This document shows, one piece after another, positions 48,734 to 62,080 of a stretch of DNA of 64,000 nucleotides. Made by a program: the position numbers and the translations under genes. The stretch lies in contig NC_068994.1 of NCBI RefSeq assembly GCF_001194135.2, forward strand, positions 44,537,933 through 44,601,932. The letters are read 5' to 3'. The notes under the pieces are model-generated. The model searched no databases, was not told the DNA's origin, and worked only from the letters and a program-made list of their open reading frames with translations. Within the stretch, counting starts at the first letter, position 1. Each line of letters begins with the position of its first letter. The stretch comes from Octopus bimaculoides. Lineage: Eukaryota.

Positions 48734-48935
48734 TAATTGTGACTAAATATGACTAGGGTGTTAGAACACTTACATTGCTAGAAATAAGAACTAAAAAAGC
48801 TCTAATGCTGCACTTAAAGCACATAATTGTACACAGTCCTTGTCAGTACATATGTATACAGTTATTAGAGCTTTTTAGCTCTTATTTCTAGCAATGTAGG
48901 TGTTCTAACACCTTGGTCTTATTTAGTGACAATTA
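48734..48935. mobile_element. fold-back element / MITE with about 72-bp inverted arms
   Basis: 48734-48806 vs reverse complement of 48864-48935, about 90% identical; 57-bp spacer; TA at both ends. Confidence 0.8.
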
Positions 48936-49977
48936 TAGTTTTCCATTTTGGTAACACATTGCACACGACCGTCTGTATTAATATATATATGGTGGGGTCA
49001 AGGTTGGGCATTCATTTGCACATGTATGTGCAGGTTTTATCGTATATCTTTTACTTACGAGTTTGTTTTTTTTTTCGTTTATTTGTTTTGTTATTTTCTT
49101 TTTAATGCTGGTACTATCGCTCTCTTTTGCTGAACCGCTACCTTGCGAGAACGTAATCAAACCAACGCCAGTTGTCAAGTGATAATGAGAAGGATCTCAC
49201 GCGCGCGCGTCGGGTTTCCACGCAGTTTCTGTCTACCAAATCCACTCACAAGGCATTGATAGACCAGGGCTATAATAGACGACACTTGCCCAAGGTGCCG
49301 CACAATAGTACTGAACCCGAAATCATGTGGGATAAATTCGGCTAAGAATCTTGTCCAACCTTCTAACACTTCCACACCAGTCTACCGCCTTGTGTTAGAT
49401 TTTTTTTTTTCTTTCTTTCTTGACCTTCGAAAAGATGAAAAACAAGTTTTACCCTCGGCGGGATTTGAACTCATAGCGCAATGAGTTGAAACAAATACTG
49501 CCAGGATTTCATCCAACGCTCTAACCACTAAGGAATATGGTTTCGTTGATCATGAATATCAACAAAATGGTTGAGTCGATTTAAAACCTGCATTGTCTAT
49601 ATCAAGCATGAGCAAACTGCGGCCCGTGGTATTTTGTAAATGACACACTTAATTTCACGAGGAAAATAACGTTTATTAAATTTACCTTGAATTTTTTTCA
49701 GTCGTGCAACCCGCTTCTCGAAAAAGGGTTGCGTGTGCATTGTCTATATTGTCCAGTTCATTTCAGTTACCCTATCATTCTGGACTTATTCCACTTGCTT
49801 TTAGGTTTTTTTATGACTTCTACTGGGAGTTTTTGCTTGCTAATTGTTTTGATAATTTCAGGATGAAGTTTTCAAATCATTACATCACATATATGGAATC
49901 TTATCTCTGAATTACGTGCACAGGCACTGCTTTGATTCTTTACTCTTGTCATGATTACTAACCGAGTAGTCGAGGTA

Positions 49978-50202
49978 ACGGGAAGTGGCTATGTAGTTGC
50001 TCGACCTGCTAGAAATAACAGCCAAATTCCTTTCCCGTCACATCCTACTGTCGTTTAAAAGGCGCGCGCACACACACACACACAAAGATTGGATAATGCC
50101 ATCTAGCGTATACTGTTATTGAGAAAATTATGGAATGGTTATGACCGGAATGTTTTTGATAATAGGCCTGCTTGCTCAGGGCCACATTGCGGCCGAAGAA
50201 CT
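49978..50202 (+). mobile_element. dispersed repeat family D (…gacctgctagaaatagcagccaaat…ggtcatggctggaatgcctttgatc…)
   Basis: Pieces of the same motifs recur at about 13030 and 13420(-), 41045-41240, 47570, 47915-48100, 52440(-), 58865-59000(-) and 60420-60610(-). Confidence 0.7.
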
Positions 50203-53131
50203 GATAACCGAGTGGAAAAGCTACTACAGATTTAGTAGCGCGATTTGGGAGTTCGTATTCTGTTTAGGAATTTGTGTTAAGCCGAAAAGGAAACACATAC
50301 CATAAAAGGTTAGTTGGTTATGCATCTCAATTTTGGAGGTCTTAAGTTGTTTTGGAAAAAAAGAAAAAGGAAAACAGAGTTGCAATAGGCGCAGACATAA
50401 TTGTATGGTTAAGAAGTTCGCTTTGCAATTATGTGGTTTCGAGTTCAGTCCCACTGCGCGGCACCTTGCAGAAATAACTTTTTCTACTGCCCCGAACCGA
50501 ACAATGCTTTGTGAGTGAATTTGGTATATATTTCAAATTTTGCTCAGTGTTTATTTTGTGATATGTGTGATAATATACTATCAATTTCTTGTTCGCAAGT
50601 TAACTATAATATGGATGTGGTTGCAGAAGGATATTAGAGAATATGAATGGAGAAGGACACCTGGTTGAACGGGGTGGACGTTGTAGGGCTCTCCTAGAGC
50701 GTTGGATATTCTGGTACCGGCTTTATAATACCATAAGCAGTAGTTAATTACCGTTATCTTATATATATTTAGTATTTCATTTTATATACAATATAATATA
50801 ATTGTTAACGACAGAAGCCGTATTAATGCCAAACAGTAATATTCATCCCCACTTAAAAGTGGATGTTCTGTTAAAATACTGCGGTTGTTGTTATGAGAGA
50901 AACTCTCATCGGTGCGTAAATGCACTCTAGTTTATATCGCTAACGGGGAGGACAAATATCTGCCAACGCCGAGACCACCAGATAAACGTGATTTTGGCCT
51001 CCCAGTATAAAAAAAAAGAATAACTAAAAATGATATGTTATAATAGTTTTTCCAATAAAAGTGAAAAACTTTGCAGTCGAATACTCTGGTTTGGTCTGGA
51101 AGAAGGGACTACACTCATTCTTTTTTTCGTGTCATCAGAGAGCTGTGTGATCAATGTGGCTTATATTGGTCTTCAATAACTTTGTTCGTTACTACAGGAA
51201 AAATAAACGTAGACAGGGATGAAAAATTCCAGGGTGGGGAACGGAATTTACGTTTTCGTCAGACGGATTCTGTATGTTGTTAAGTGCGAGGCTTGAGTGG
51301 ATAGGATCACAGCAAAACGCGAGCAAGACTGGAATAAGGTCTTACATAAGCAGGCTGTGTGTATCTGTAAAACATGGATCTCCGTCGGTATCGATAATGA
51401 GTATTCAGTTGCACAATGAACTGGATTTCCTACTCATTGAATTAACGAATAGGTGGTTGAATATTCCACAAACTACGTAGTTTCAGGTTCAGTCCCTCTG
51501 CGCGGCACTTTGGGCAAGTGTTTTCTATTATAGCCCCGGGCTGACCATTGTCTTGTGAGTGAATTTGGTGGATGGAAGCCCGTCGTACATATATATATAT
51601 ATATGTTTGTGTTTGTATCCCCACCACACAACATGACGACTTTTTTTTTTCACTTTGACGTCCCCGCAGTTTTATCGATTTGGCAAAAGAGAGACCCATA
51701 GAATAAACGCTAGACTTTAAAAAGTTAGTACTGGGGTCGATTTGTTCGACTTAACCATTCAAGGTGGTGGCTTTGCATGGCCGCAATCCAATGACTGAAT
51801 CGGGTGGTTGAATATTCCATAAACGTGGAATAACATAATCCACGGAGAGAACTGAGTGTGGCAAGGTTTTACCTTTGAATTGCAGGTATAGTCCATCCGA
51901 CGGACTTGATCCTAGTTTCCGTCCACCAAGGTTTGGGTCGACCTGAGGACAGTAGTAAATGACACATGCTCAAGATGTCAATCAGGAGTATCGAAATTCT
52001 GAAGCAACTTTCTTAATCATTCGACCATTTTATGTCTGGTTATTGACCATACTAGTAAGTAAACCACCAAAATGAAGTCTCAGATTGCTAAATGTGATAT
52101 AATTAAAACAAACAACAACAAAAATGGCGGGATGGGTTCCGAAAGGGCTAGTGATTGTCTTCTATATCAGTAAAAATTTAGTAAAGTTAGTATCCGCTTT
52201 CCTCCACAGCATACGAACTTAACCTAAATTTACGAATATCTCTAGTAAATAAGGTCGAATTACAAATATGTAGCACTTACTAAATGCCGTTTAATGGAAA
52301 ATTGTTTTATTTCCGATTGTTGCGCATTCACTCTACTGAGATTAATTATGCTTCTGACTACTTAATAGATACTTTTGATAAGGAAAGACTGAGCAGTTGT
52401 CTATCTTAATCCACTAGAGTGATGGAATCGTTGTTGTTGTTGTTTAGCTCGAAGTCAGCTCTGATTGAAAAGTCATTAATCATTAAATCATCCTTTGTTT
52501 TATTTTTCCTCCACACATGGCGCGCGCAAGAATGGCCGTGTGGTTAAAAAGTTCCCTTCATAACCAGGTGGTTTTGGGTTTGGTCCTGTTACACAGGGCA
52601 TCGTGTTAAGTCGTCGAGCAAACACATACCGTAAAGGTTCATATAGTAAATGCATGTCAATTTCGGGGGCCTGAAATTGTTGTTTTTTTTTCCTTTTTTT
52701 CCAATTGAAACGCCTTACATATAACTTCCTATGACAATTAAATTACTTTCTTTTATGCATTTTCTACAAAAAAATTAGTTCTTTTCATTTCCAGTGGTTG
52801 GTAATCAATGCGCTTTCATTTTAATCTACTAAAAGAGTTTGGTATAATATGTTTGTCGATCCCTACAAAAGATCTTTTTGTTCTACACACAAAATTTTTA
52901 AAACGTGAAGACTTTCTTAACTATCATATTTAGACCTGATTTTCTTATCTTCCTCAACATAGTGGTTTAAGAATAATTTACATTAATTCAATCAAACTGT
53001 GGGTGCTTACATTTGTAGGTATTCAAGTTTAAGTTGCGAAAGCTGCGAATCACTGAGTCGATGGGTTGTCGGCAATCAACCAAAGAGTCAGCGGTTTGCT
53101 TCTTTTCACAAATGCTGCACTGTGTATGATT

Positions 53132-53515
53132 GTTGTTGGCACTCCGTCGCTTACGACGTCGAGAGTTTCAGTTGATCCGATCAACGGAACAGACTGCTCG
53201 TGAAATTAACGTGCAAGTGGCTGAGCACTCCACAGACATGTGTACCCTTAACGTAGTTCTCGGGGAGATTCAGCGTGACCTTGTGTAACAAGGCTGACCC
53301 TTTGAATTACAAGCACAACAGAAACAGGAAGAAAGAGTGAGAGAAAGTTGTGGTGGAAGAGTACAGCAGGGTTCGCCACCATCCCCTGCCGGAGCCTCGT
53401 GGAGCTTTAGGTGTTTTCGCTCAATAAACACTCACAACGCCCGGTCTGGGAATCGAAACCGCGATGCTATGACCGCGAGTCCGCTGCCCTAACCACTGGG
53501 CCATTGCGCCTCCAC
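53132..53515 (-). mobile_element. SINE family A (long form), full length, at least 11-bp TSD
   Basis: (cac)tgtgtatgatt on both sides (53118-53131 and 53513-53526). Confidence 0.92.
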
Positions 53516-56500
53516 TGTGTATGATTAAGAAACTTACATCTCGGTGACCTATTTTACCTAATGCTAGGTAATTAGCACGTGGAGGACGCATGCATTAGCG
53601 GTTATGGTGTTGCACTCGTGATCATAAGATTGTGGTTTCGATTCCTGGACTTGGCGATGCGTTGTGTTCTTGAGCGAAACACTTCATTTCATGTTATTCC
53701 AGTTCACTCAGCTGGCAAATATGAGTAATCCTGTTACGGATCGGTGTTCCGCCCGTGGTCCGGGAGAATATATAGGCCACAGAATCCGAGGATTCCTTCT
53801 TCGAGTCCCCAACTCCTGATGGAATTGAGTTGAATTCTGATATACGGCATGAGCTTATGGCTCGGCAAAGAACCTTTGATCTTTTGAAGTATTGCTACAG
53901 AACAGAATGACTTGACTATGTAAGAAGCAATGACACTTCGGAAAATTTGATACGTGTTTCATTAGCTCAGAGAGTGCTGAGTCATGATCCTCCTGTGAAT
54001 GTGGGCTATAACAGAAGTGTTAGACACGCTGTCCTAGTTTCTGCTCAGTAGTAAACTTGAACATTAAGAAATATGAAATAATTATCACTGATCATTCAAA
54101 CGTTTAATGTGTTCAGTTCCTCTCAAACTTCACAATCTTGAGTTTCTTCAAAAACAAGGTTGCCCGTACTTTTAATTATTTATAGCAGATTATTTGTCTA
54201 AATATTTGTGGTGGCACGGGGGGGGGGTGAGGTTTGTGCTAAGGTCAGAGTGGCATTTTTTTAATATAATTTTCTTTTTTTTAGTCCTTTTTGGAACCTG
54301 GTTCAGCTCTAAGAGTTCAAATCAACTTAGATTTTCATCCTTTCAAGGTCGATAAATATAGTAACATTCAAGTACTGGGATCGTGTTTTCCTTATTTATT
54401 TCTGTCTTTCTCGCTAAATAAAATTGACTTTGAGCAGACCTGGAGAGACATAGACTTGGCCAGGCGTAAAATCTCCGAGACATGCTGTATATCACAACGG
54501 CGCTCATTCACTTCTATCGAAGAAGGAACAAATGTATTTACAAGCGTTTTAGAAAATGAGTTGGAAAACCATCTAGTCTTGATGCAGAATTAACCTTTCA
54601 GTAGTTTATTGATTTTTATTAATACTTTATTTATAAAAGGTATTTTCAGACCTTGTTACGATAAAACACTCGTGGGCACATTTGGCATTTTGCTATTCAC
54701 TAGCTTACAAACATTATTACACTTCTCTTTACAAATCTTCTGAAAGCCTGAACAAATGAACTATTTCGGTATATCTAAAGCTCTATTTTCGATTCCAACA
54801 TTGCTAACTATCGAGTATAACTGAGGTTATGTTTCAGTTTTTCAATTATGATTTCTTTAAGCTTTATGACGCAGTTATACCTGTACACTAAGGAGTTCGT
54901 TTCGTAACCACTTGGTTTTGGATAAGACCCGACTTACGCGGCGTCTTGGTCAAGTATCTTTTAACTAGAGTCTTGAGCCACAAAAGTCAGTGAAATTTAG
55001 GAGACAGGGCGAAAGTCCGTTGGTGGACTGTTCCCGTTTCGGGAGTGATAGACGTAAGCCGTCATCCTGCTTTTCCCCGCCATCTGGCCCATGGGTACCT
55101 TTAGAAGAGTTCCTTCTGTTGCAAACCTTCGGGCAAGATATCCAGTCTGAAGATAGCTCCATCCTTTCTGTCATTTGTTTAGGAGAACATGGAAAACGGT
55201 CATGGTATTTTCTCTTCCGACTAACCTCATTAATGGTTTCTGATACAGAGCAGCAATTTTGAGAAGCTAGTCAGTACCACTGAGCTCAGTATTTTGTCGA
55301 TTCCGAAAGAATAAAAGGCAAAGTTGACCTCGGTGGGATTTGAACCCAGAATGTAAAGAAGCAGGATTAGTACCCTTCCCCCAACAAGGCAATTTTTTAA
55401 ACGCTGTAACGATTCTGACAGCTCAACGCCTTCGACTAACCCATTAATAAAAATCTATATCAAGTGTTCGTTGGATTCTTTTCTTTTTTTTTACCTTAGT
55501 TCCCGTTCTCTGCAGGATTTTTTCTTTTTCTTTCTGAGGAAGGTAGTATACTTCAAGAACAACAATTGGCTTGTGGCCAATTCGTTACTCCCCTGTATAC
55601 AACTCTCTTCCATTTTCTTAGGTAATTTGAGATTAGGGAAGAGGGAATCTTGTTAAAGTTTCTGTCGGGAATTTGATAGGGAACAATCTTCTTACGTATG
55701 ACGAGTGGAATTTGAAAGTAACAAAAAATAGCTTCAGGGCTAAGCTGTTAGTCTCACTTTTTGACACAACATCGGTCTTTTAAACACAAACATAAATTCT
55801 CTATCACANNNNNNNNNNNNNNNNNNNNNNNNNNNNNNNNNNNNNNNNNNNNNNNNNNNNNNNNNNNNNNNNNNNNNNNNNNNNNNNNNNNNNNNNNNNN
55901 NNNNNNNNNNNNNNNNNNNNNNNNNNNNNNNNNNNNNNNNNNNNNNNNNNNNNNNNNNNNNNNNNNNNNNNNNNNNNNNNNNNNNNNNNNNNNNNNNNNN
56001 NNNNNNNNNNNNNNNNNNNNNNNNNNNNNNNNNNNNNNNNNNNNNNNNNNNNNNNNNNNNNNNNNNNNNNNNNNNNNNNNNNNNNNNNNNNNNNNNNNNN
56101 NNNNNNNNNNNNNNNNNNNNNNNNNATTTAAAGAGTTAATTTAAATGGAACTATTTTCTTCAATCAAATTCCACTCACACGACTGAAGTCAAATCGAGTA
56201 TATCGTAGAAGACACTTACCCAAGGCGTAACGCTGAAGGATCGAACACTGTGTCACGTGATCCGGCTTAAAGTTAGGTTCGGCTTGGCACTTGTAAACCT
56301 TTACTTTCGGTTTCGAATATATTTGCTAGTACTTTACTTTGACTCATCCCGTTTTGATTCTTTATTCTGGAATTTCACTTCACTTCTGTCATTAATGCTC
56401 ATAGGAAAGCTAAGCTCACCAAAATACTCTCTTCTTTTCATTTTCTTTTTTATGTATCCGCCAGTAAAATTAAAGAAGTTAAATAAACATTGGTGAATGC

Positions 56501-56924
56501 ATCTTAATTCGAAATAATAAAAGTATCTCATTCTGTTTGCCACACTTTTCATAAAGCATATTTATACAATCAATCTGTCGAAATTTACGAGTAAAATATG
56601 TTTATTCTGAAAATAAAAATGAGTGTTTTATTTTCTATAATCTGCAAATTCTTGGCACATTGACATGGTTATCATTTGCAATGTCTTCTTCATATTCAAA
56701 GCAAATACAGTATCTATAGCTGCAATTCAAAGAAGATTTAGATGGGAATTAACAAACGCTACAGCTAACTGTAGCTAGGTGGGAAAAGGAGCAGCTACCC
56801 CCAGGCGACGCTTTCATTGGCAGAAGTAGTTCTTTTGAATCTGCTGTATAAGCCTGAATCGGCTGTGAGGGCCCGGTATGGGACATGCACTATAGCTACG
56901 TAGCTGATTGTTAAAAATTGTGAA

Positions 56925-57180
56925 GGTGTGTGGCTTAGTTAGGCTTTTGAGTTCACGATCGTTTGGTTGGTCATAAGTTCGGTTCTCGAACCGTGTGATA
57001 CGCTGTGTCTTCATTTCACGTTGCTCCACTACACTCAACTGAAAACGCATACCAGTGAGTGGCACTTGGAGTTAACCCTGCGACGGACTGGCGTCCTGTT
57101 CAGAGTGAAGGCAATCCTTTACTCTCAACCTAAACGCCTTGAAAATCCGGCTAAACTCCAGCCTCATGGGCCTGGGGGTA
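56925..57180 (+). mobile_element. tRNA-headed SINE with a V-SINE-like 3' block
   Basis: gtgaaggtgtgtggcttagtt…ggttctcgaacc…ttcatttcacgttgctcc…aaccctgcgacggactggcgtcctgttcagagtg…ctccagc. Confidence 0.55.
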
Positions 57181-57474
57181 AGGTAGACTTTTAGAATTAC
57201 TACTAAAGAATCTAATACAAATCCATCACTCATTGACCAAAACAATTGCAACTCCACACTATACGCATTTTACAAAACTTATAAACATTTTTTACTCTAC
57301 ATTCATAATCCCATCACCGCGTACAATTTCCAGTCACCATGAGCGAAAGCTTCCTTATTCTTAGCATTGTCTCTTCTATCACCTTCAAACAGTGCGGCCC
57401 ACAGCTACATACCTTCTTTGACGAACTCTCTTTCTCTCTCTCCCTCCCACTTTTTCTTTCCCTCTCTCTCCCCA

Positions 57475-57521
<47 letters not shown>

Positions 57522-58308
57522 TGACATCCAAGACCAATCCTTTCTCAAACTCTTTAAATCATCACTCCTTTTCTTTTACTTACATCTTTCCATCATGCTA
57601 CAATTCAACAAACCTACCCACCCACCCAATTCTTTTTTTCTTTATCTAGATACACGTAATATCAGGTCAGAATAATTTAGTTCTGAGTATTAGTTTCAGG
57701 GGAGTGACTACATACCACAGTATTACGCTACTATAAGCAAATACCCGTAATTATATATATATATATATATATATATTCGACGTGTTTCTTTCAGTTTCTG
57801 TCTACCAAATCCACTTACAAGGCCTTGGTCGGCCCAAGGCTATAGAACACACTTGCCCAAGGTGCTACGCAATGACTAGGAAGCAAACTTCTTACCACAC
57901 ACCTCTGAGAGGGCATGCAAAACAGTGCCGAATTTAGTCATAACCTAAACATGCTGCAGTTTTAGGGCCTTATCAAGCCTAAATGCGACACTGCCTGCAA
58001 AGGATATCGAAAAGTGATCTAAGATTAAATCCAGTCGGGATCAACTTTGCTTTTTCGTCCTTCTTGTATCGATAAAATAGGATAAAATGAAGTACCCGGA
58101 TTGATTTCTGAAATGTATGATCAAAAAACGTGTAGTCTATGTCAGAAATCAATGATCATAAAACTGTGTCCGTTCTATTTTGCGCATGCACGTTAAAAAG
58201 TATGTTCATGTCCAAAGTCTGCCGAAACGTGATAAGAATGAATATATACACCGTTGGTTTGGAATGCAATTTCTGATCAGACAAAAGGTTGTCCAAGTAT
58301 CCATAAAT

Positions 58309-58351
<43 letters not shown>

Positions 58352-58735
58352 TGTCGTCGTCGTNNNNNNNNNNNNNNNNNNNNNNNNNNNNNNNNNNNNN
58401 NNNNNNNNNNNNNNNNNNNNNNNNNNNNNNNNNNNNNNNNNNNNNNNNNNNNNNNNNNNNNNNNNNNNNNNNNNNNNNNNNNNNNNNNNNNNNNNNNNNN
58501 NNNNNNNNNNNNNNNNNNNNNNNNNNNNNNNNNNNNNNNNNNNNNNNNNNNNNNNNNNNNNNNNNNNNNNNNNNNNNNNNNNNNNNNNNNNNNNNNNNNN
58601 NNNNNNNNNNNNNNNNNNNNNNNNNNNNNNNNNNNNNNNNNNNNNNNNNNNNNNNNNNNNNNNNNNNNNNNNNNNNNNNNNNNNNNNNNNNNNNNNNNNN
58701 NNNNNNNNNNNNNNNNNNNNNNNNNNNNNNNNNNN

Positions 58736-58805
58736 CTCACTCACTCACTCACTCACTCACTCACTCACTCACTCACTCACTCACTCACACACACATACAC
58801 ACACA
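58736..58805. repeat. (CTCA)n(CA)n microsatellite
   Basis: Visible. Confidence 0.95.
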
Positions 58806-59448
58806 CTTTATCAGTTTGTCTGAATACTCTTTGCTTTGAGTATGTATGTGGGCTGTTTGATGCTGTTCAGTCAGTCCTGATCAAGCTTATCTGTGATCCA
58901 AAGACCTTTTACTCGTAGCTATCCCGGATCGTTCTTTCTCAAAGAACGCTTGTGCGTTTGATTCGAGAGAGATTTGGCTGCTATTTTTGGCATGTAACTT
59001 GTCTGGAACAAGTTCAATTTATATTGAACGATTACAACGTGAAAGACATGTACAAGCCATTCAGAAACGCGCAAGGTTTATTAACTCCGCTTAAACACTT
59101 GTTTGTTATATGGTGTCAAAGTGAAGGCACGTGGCTGGCTGATTAGGGTATCCGGCTCACGATCGTAAAATCGTGAGTTCGATTCCTGGTAACGCATTGT
59201 GTCCTTGAGCAAGACACTTTATCTTACATTGCTCCAATCCACTCAGCTAGCAAAGATGAGCTGTACGTGTATTTCAAAAGGCCGACCTTGTCACATTCCG
59301 TGTCACAGTGAATCTCCCTGAGAACTACGTTATGGACACGCGAGTCTGCACAGTGCTCAGCCACTTGCACGTTAATTTCACAAGCAGATTGTTCTCTTGA
59401 TCCGATCAACTGGAACTCTCATTGTCATAATAGATGGCGTGCCATTTA

Positions 59449-59546
59449 CGGTGTCAAAATTTTCGTCGTTCGAAACTGCGACTTGGAGCACAAATTTTGT
59501 CAGTGACCAAGTTTCGCAGTTTCGAGCAACGAAAATTTTGACACCA
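59449..59546. mobile_element. short fold-back MITE, about 38-bp arms, TA flanks
   Basis: ggtgtcaaaattttcgtcgttcgaaactgcga--cttgg vs reverse complement of ccaagtttcgcagtttcgagcaacgaaaattttgacacc. Confidence 0.8.
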
Positions 59547-59715
59547 TATTACACGCAGTAAATGTTAAAGTGAAGTTAGCAGTTTTTGTGTGTTTCTGAA
59601 TGGCTAACTCGTGCCGTCGACGCTGCAATCGTTTTAGTTTCAACTCACGATCTCAGATGAAAACACTTTCCATGCCATGCAAGAACGTCTCTGTGAATTG
59701 TATTGAAAGAAAGAG

Positions 59716-59948
59716 AAGGCGGTGAGCTGGCAGAAACGTTAGCACGCCGGGCGATATGCTTAGCGGCATTTCGTCTGCCGCTACGTTCTGAGTTCAAATT
59801 CCGCTGAGGTCGACTTTGCCTTTCATCCTTTCGGGGTCGATTAAATAAGTACCAGTTACGCACTGGAGTCGATATAATCGACTTAATCCGTTTGCTTGTC
59901 CCCTCTGTGTGTGTGTGTAGCCCCTTGTGGGCAGTAAAGAAATAAGAA
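59716..59948 (+). mobile_element. SINE family C, full length
   Basis: Head ggcggtgagctggcagaaacgttag…gagttcaaattcc (B-box-like), central gtcgactttgcctttcatcctttcggggtcgattaaataagtacc, tail …gggcagtaaagaaataagaa. Confidence 0.88.
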
Positions 59949-60682
59949 AGAGAAGTGAGAGAAAATGGTTTAAATGATTTTGAAAAATGTAGCGATGNNN
60001 NNNNNNNNNNNNNNNNNNNNNNNNNNNNNNNNNNNNNNNNNNNNNNNNNNNNNNNNNNNNNNNNNNNNNNNNNNNNNNNNNNNNNNNNNNNNNNNNNNNN
60101 NNNNNNNNNNNNNNNNNNNNNNNNNNNNNNNNNNNNNNNNNNNNNNNNNNNNNNNNNNNNNNNNNNNNNNNNNNNNNNNNNNNNNNNNNNNNNNNNNNNN
60201 NNNNNNNNNNNNNNNNNNNNNNNNNNNNNNNNNNNNNNNNNNNNNNNNNNNNNNNNNNNNNNNNNNNNNNNNNNNNNNNNNNNNNNNNNNCTCTCTCTCC
60301 CTCTCTCTCTCCGTCTCTCTCTCCCTCTCTCTCTCTCCCTCACACACGCATTCTCAATTACATTGGTACGAACGCAAATTATAATCGTTTATTTCTTACC
60401 TCCAAGACAGTCGTAATTTAGCAGACCAACGATCAAAGGTATTACAACCGTGACCATCCTGTCTTTTACCGAAGTGGGATATGTAGGACTGCATTATCTA
60501 ATGTGTCTTTCCTTTAGAGAGAGAGAGAGAAGAAAAGATGATGTAGGCTTTGAGAAATATTTAGATGCTATTTCTTGTAGATCGAGCTACCATGTAGAAG
60601 CTCCCTCCCTCATCGCTTTTTCCTTTTTTTTTTTTCTTTTCTGAACATACATTGTCCAATGTCTTCCTGCTGTTTCTACCAG

Positions 60683-60724
60683 GTTGAGACACCGCGGAGA
60701 AACTCCCATAGAGGAAGAAAATAT
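60683..60724 (+). CDS. candidate 42-nt internal exon (xLRHRGETPIEEEN…)
   Basis: Pyrimidine-rich acceptor cttcctgctgtttctaccAG, donor GTATAT, length a multiple of 3, open in two frames; protein not recognised. Confidence 0.25.
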
Positions 60725-62052
60725 GTATATGTGTATACATATATGTATTTAAGAAATCTGTTTATCTAAATCTCCCAAACGAAGTAGCCTGTTTCTAAAC
60801 CAGAAAACAGGGTTGCCATTTTTTTTTTCTCCTCTTTCAAATGTGTCCTGGTCAAATGCAGTTAATTTTAATGTGGCCTTCCAACAAGTAGTTTCTCACC
60901 TCTGCTTTCGTTAGTACATAGTAACCAAGGAAGATAACTTCAATAAAATCCGGGTTGTCTCCCTTTGCGAGACGTGACCAAGATACCAACAATGAGTGTA
61001 ATTAGTATGTGAATTCTCTAAAACAATGGTTGCCAAATTTATTTTGTTACAAAACCTTCATCTGATTTCCCAAAACTCGTGGAATGCATACCAATCTTTT
61101 GTGGCCAATTTTCATTCACTGTAGTTTTGATAAGACATTAAATGAAACGTAAATTGCTTTAGAGAGAGAATATATATCCACATCGCTTATTTTTTACTAG
61201 TTTCAATCATTAGACTGTAGCCATGCGGGGGCACCACCTTGAAGAACTTTAGTTGAATGAATCAATCCCAGTACTTCTTCTCTTAAGCCTGGTACTTATC
61301 TTGTAGGTCTGTTTTACTAAACTGTTATATTTTAAAAAATCTCTGTAAAAAGTTTTGAGTTTTTTGAGGGGGGTGGGGGTGTCCTAATTTGAAACAGAAT
61401 TTTACATGAAATAGTTATTCTTCCAAATCCTTCATTGTTCAATTTGCAATACAATGCCAAATACACTTAACATACTTTTACTATAGCCAGGACCAGTTTT
61501 AAGCCAATTAGACAGATTTGTTCAAATTGGACCCCACACCAAGAGAGGGGCCCCATATACATACTCAAGCAGAGGATGTTCTGATGAATTTTTAGTATAT
61601 CATTGTGGCTAATGGTGGAGTCTCAAGCCCTCGATACTTTTTGGCTGGGACTAGCACACTATGCAAAGCATAAAACATCAATCTTCAGCTTTTGTAAAGT
61701 AGAGGGTTCCACTGACAACTCTCTAATCGGGCTCTGCACTTCCTAGAACTGATTATAGCATTTATACATCAATGACAAAATTTATATGGCTTGATGTTGC
61801 TACTATTAATCTGAGTGCACTGTTTTAAATGTTCAGTTTCATTTTGGACAGACCTCATACATCAGTTAAAATGTTAATATATTCCAAACCAAAGTTGCTT
61901 TAAGTAGTGTTGTCCTATGTTGTACATTGAAGTAAAAAATCAAAAATTAATATTTTCATTTTGTATTTTTGAAAAAAAATGATGTTTGTTTAAAATTATT
62001 TCAATAAATTTAATGTTATATTCACATTTAAATATTTTTCTTTATGCTGCAG

Positions 62053-62080
62053 GTTCACCAAAATTTCCCAGAACACCTGA
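62053..62080 (+). CDS. candidate terminal exon start (…MFTKISQNT* if spliced to 60683-60724; GSPKFPRTPEITLL* in phase 1)
   Basis: Acceptor atatttttctttatgctgcAG followed by about 1.9 kb of TE-free AT-rich sequence resembling a 3' UTR. Confidence 0.25.

Noticed and set aside
51198-51269. Candidate exon (GKINVDRDEKFQGGERNLRFRQTDS) with AG/GT borders
   Set aside because: Splice-like sites are common, the peptide is unrecognised, and there is no independent support.
54960-55262. GC-richer block with 70-90-codon ORFs on both strands
   Set aside because: No motif recognised in any frame, and the lengths are within chance for this GC content.
60560-60610. Possible exon after ttcttgtAG
   Set aside because: The sequence is a minus-strand piece of repeat family D (gctatttct…gtagaagctccctc).
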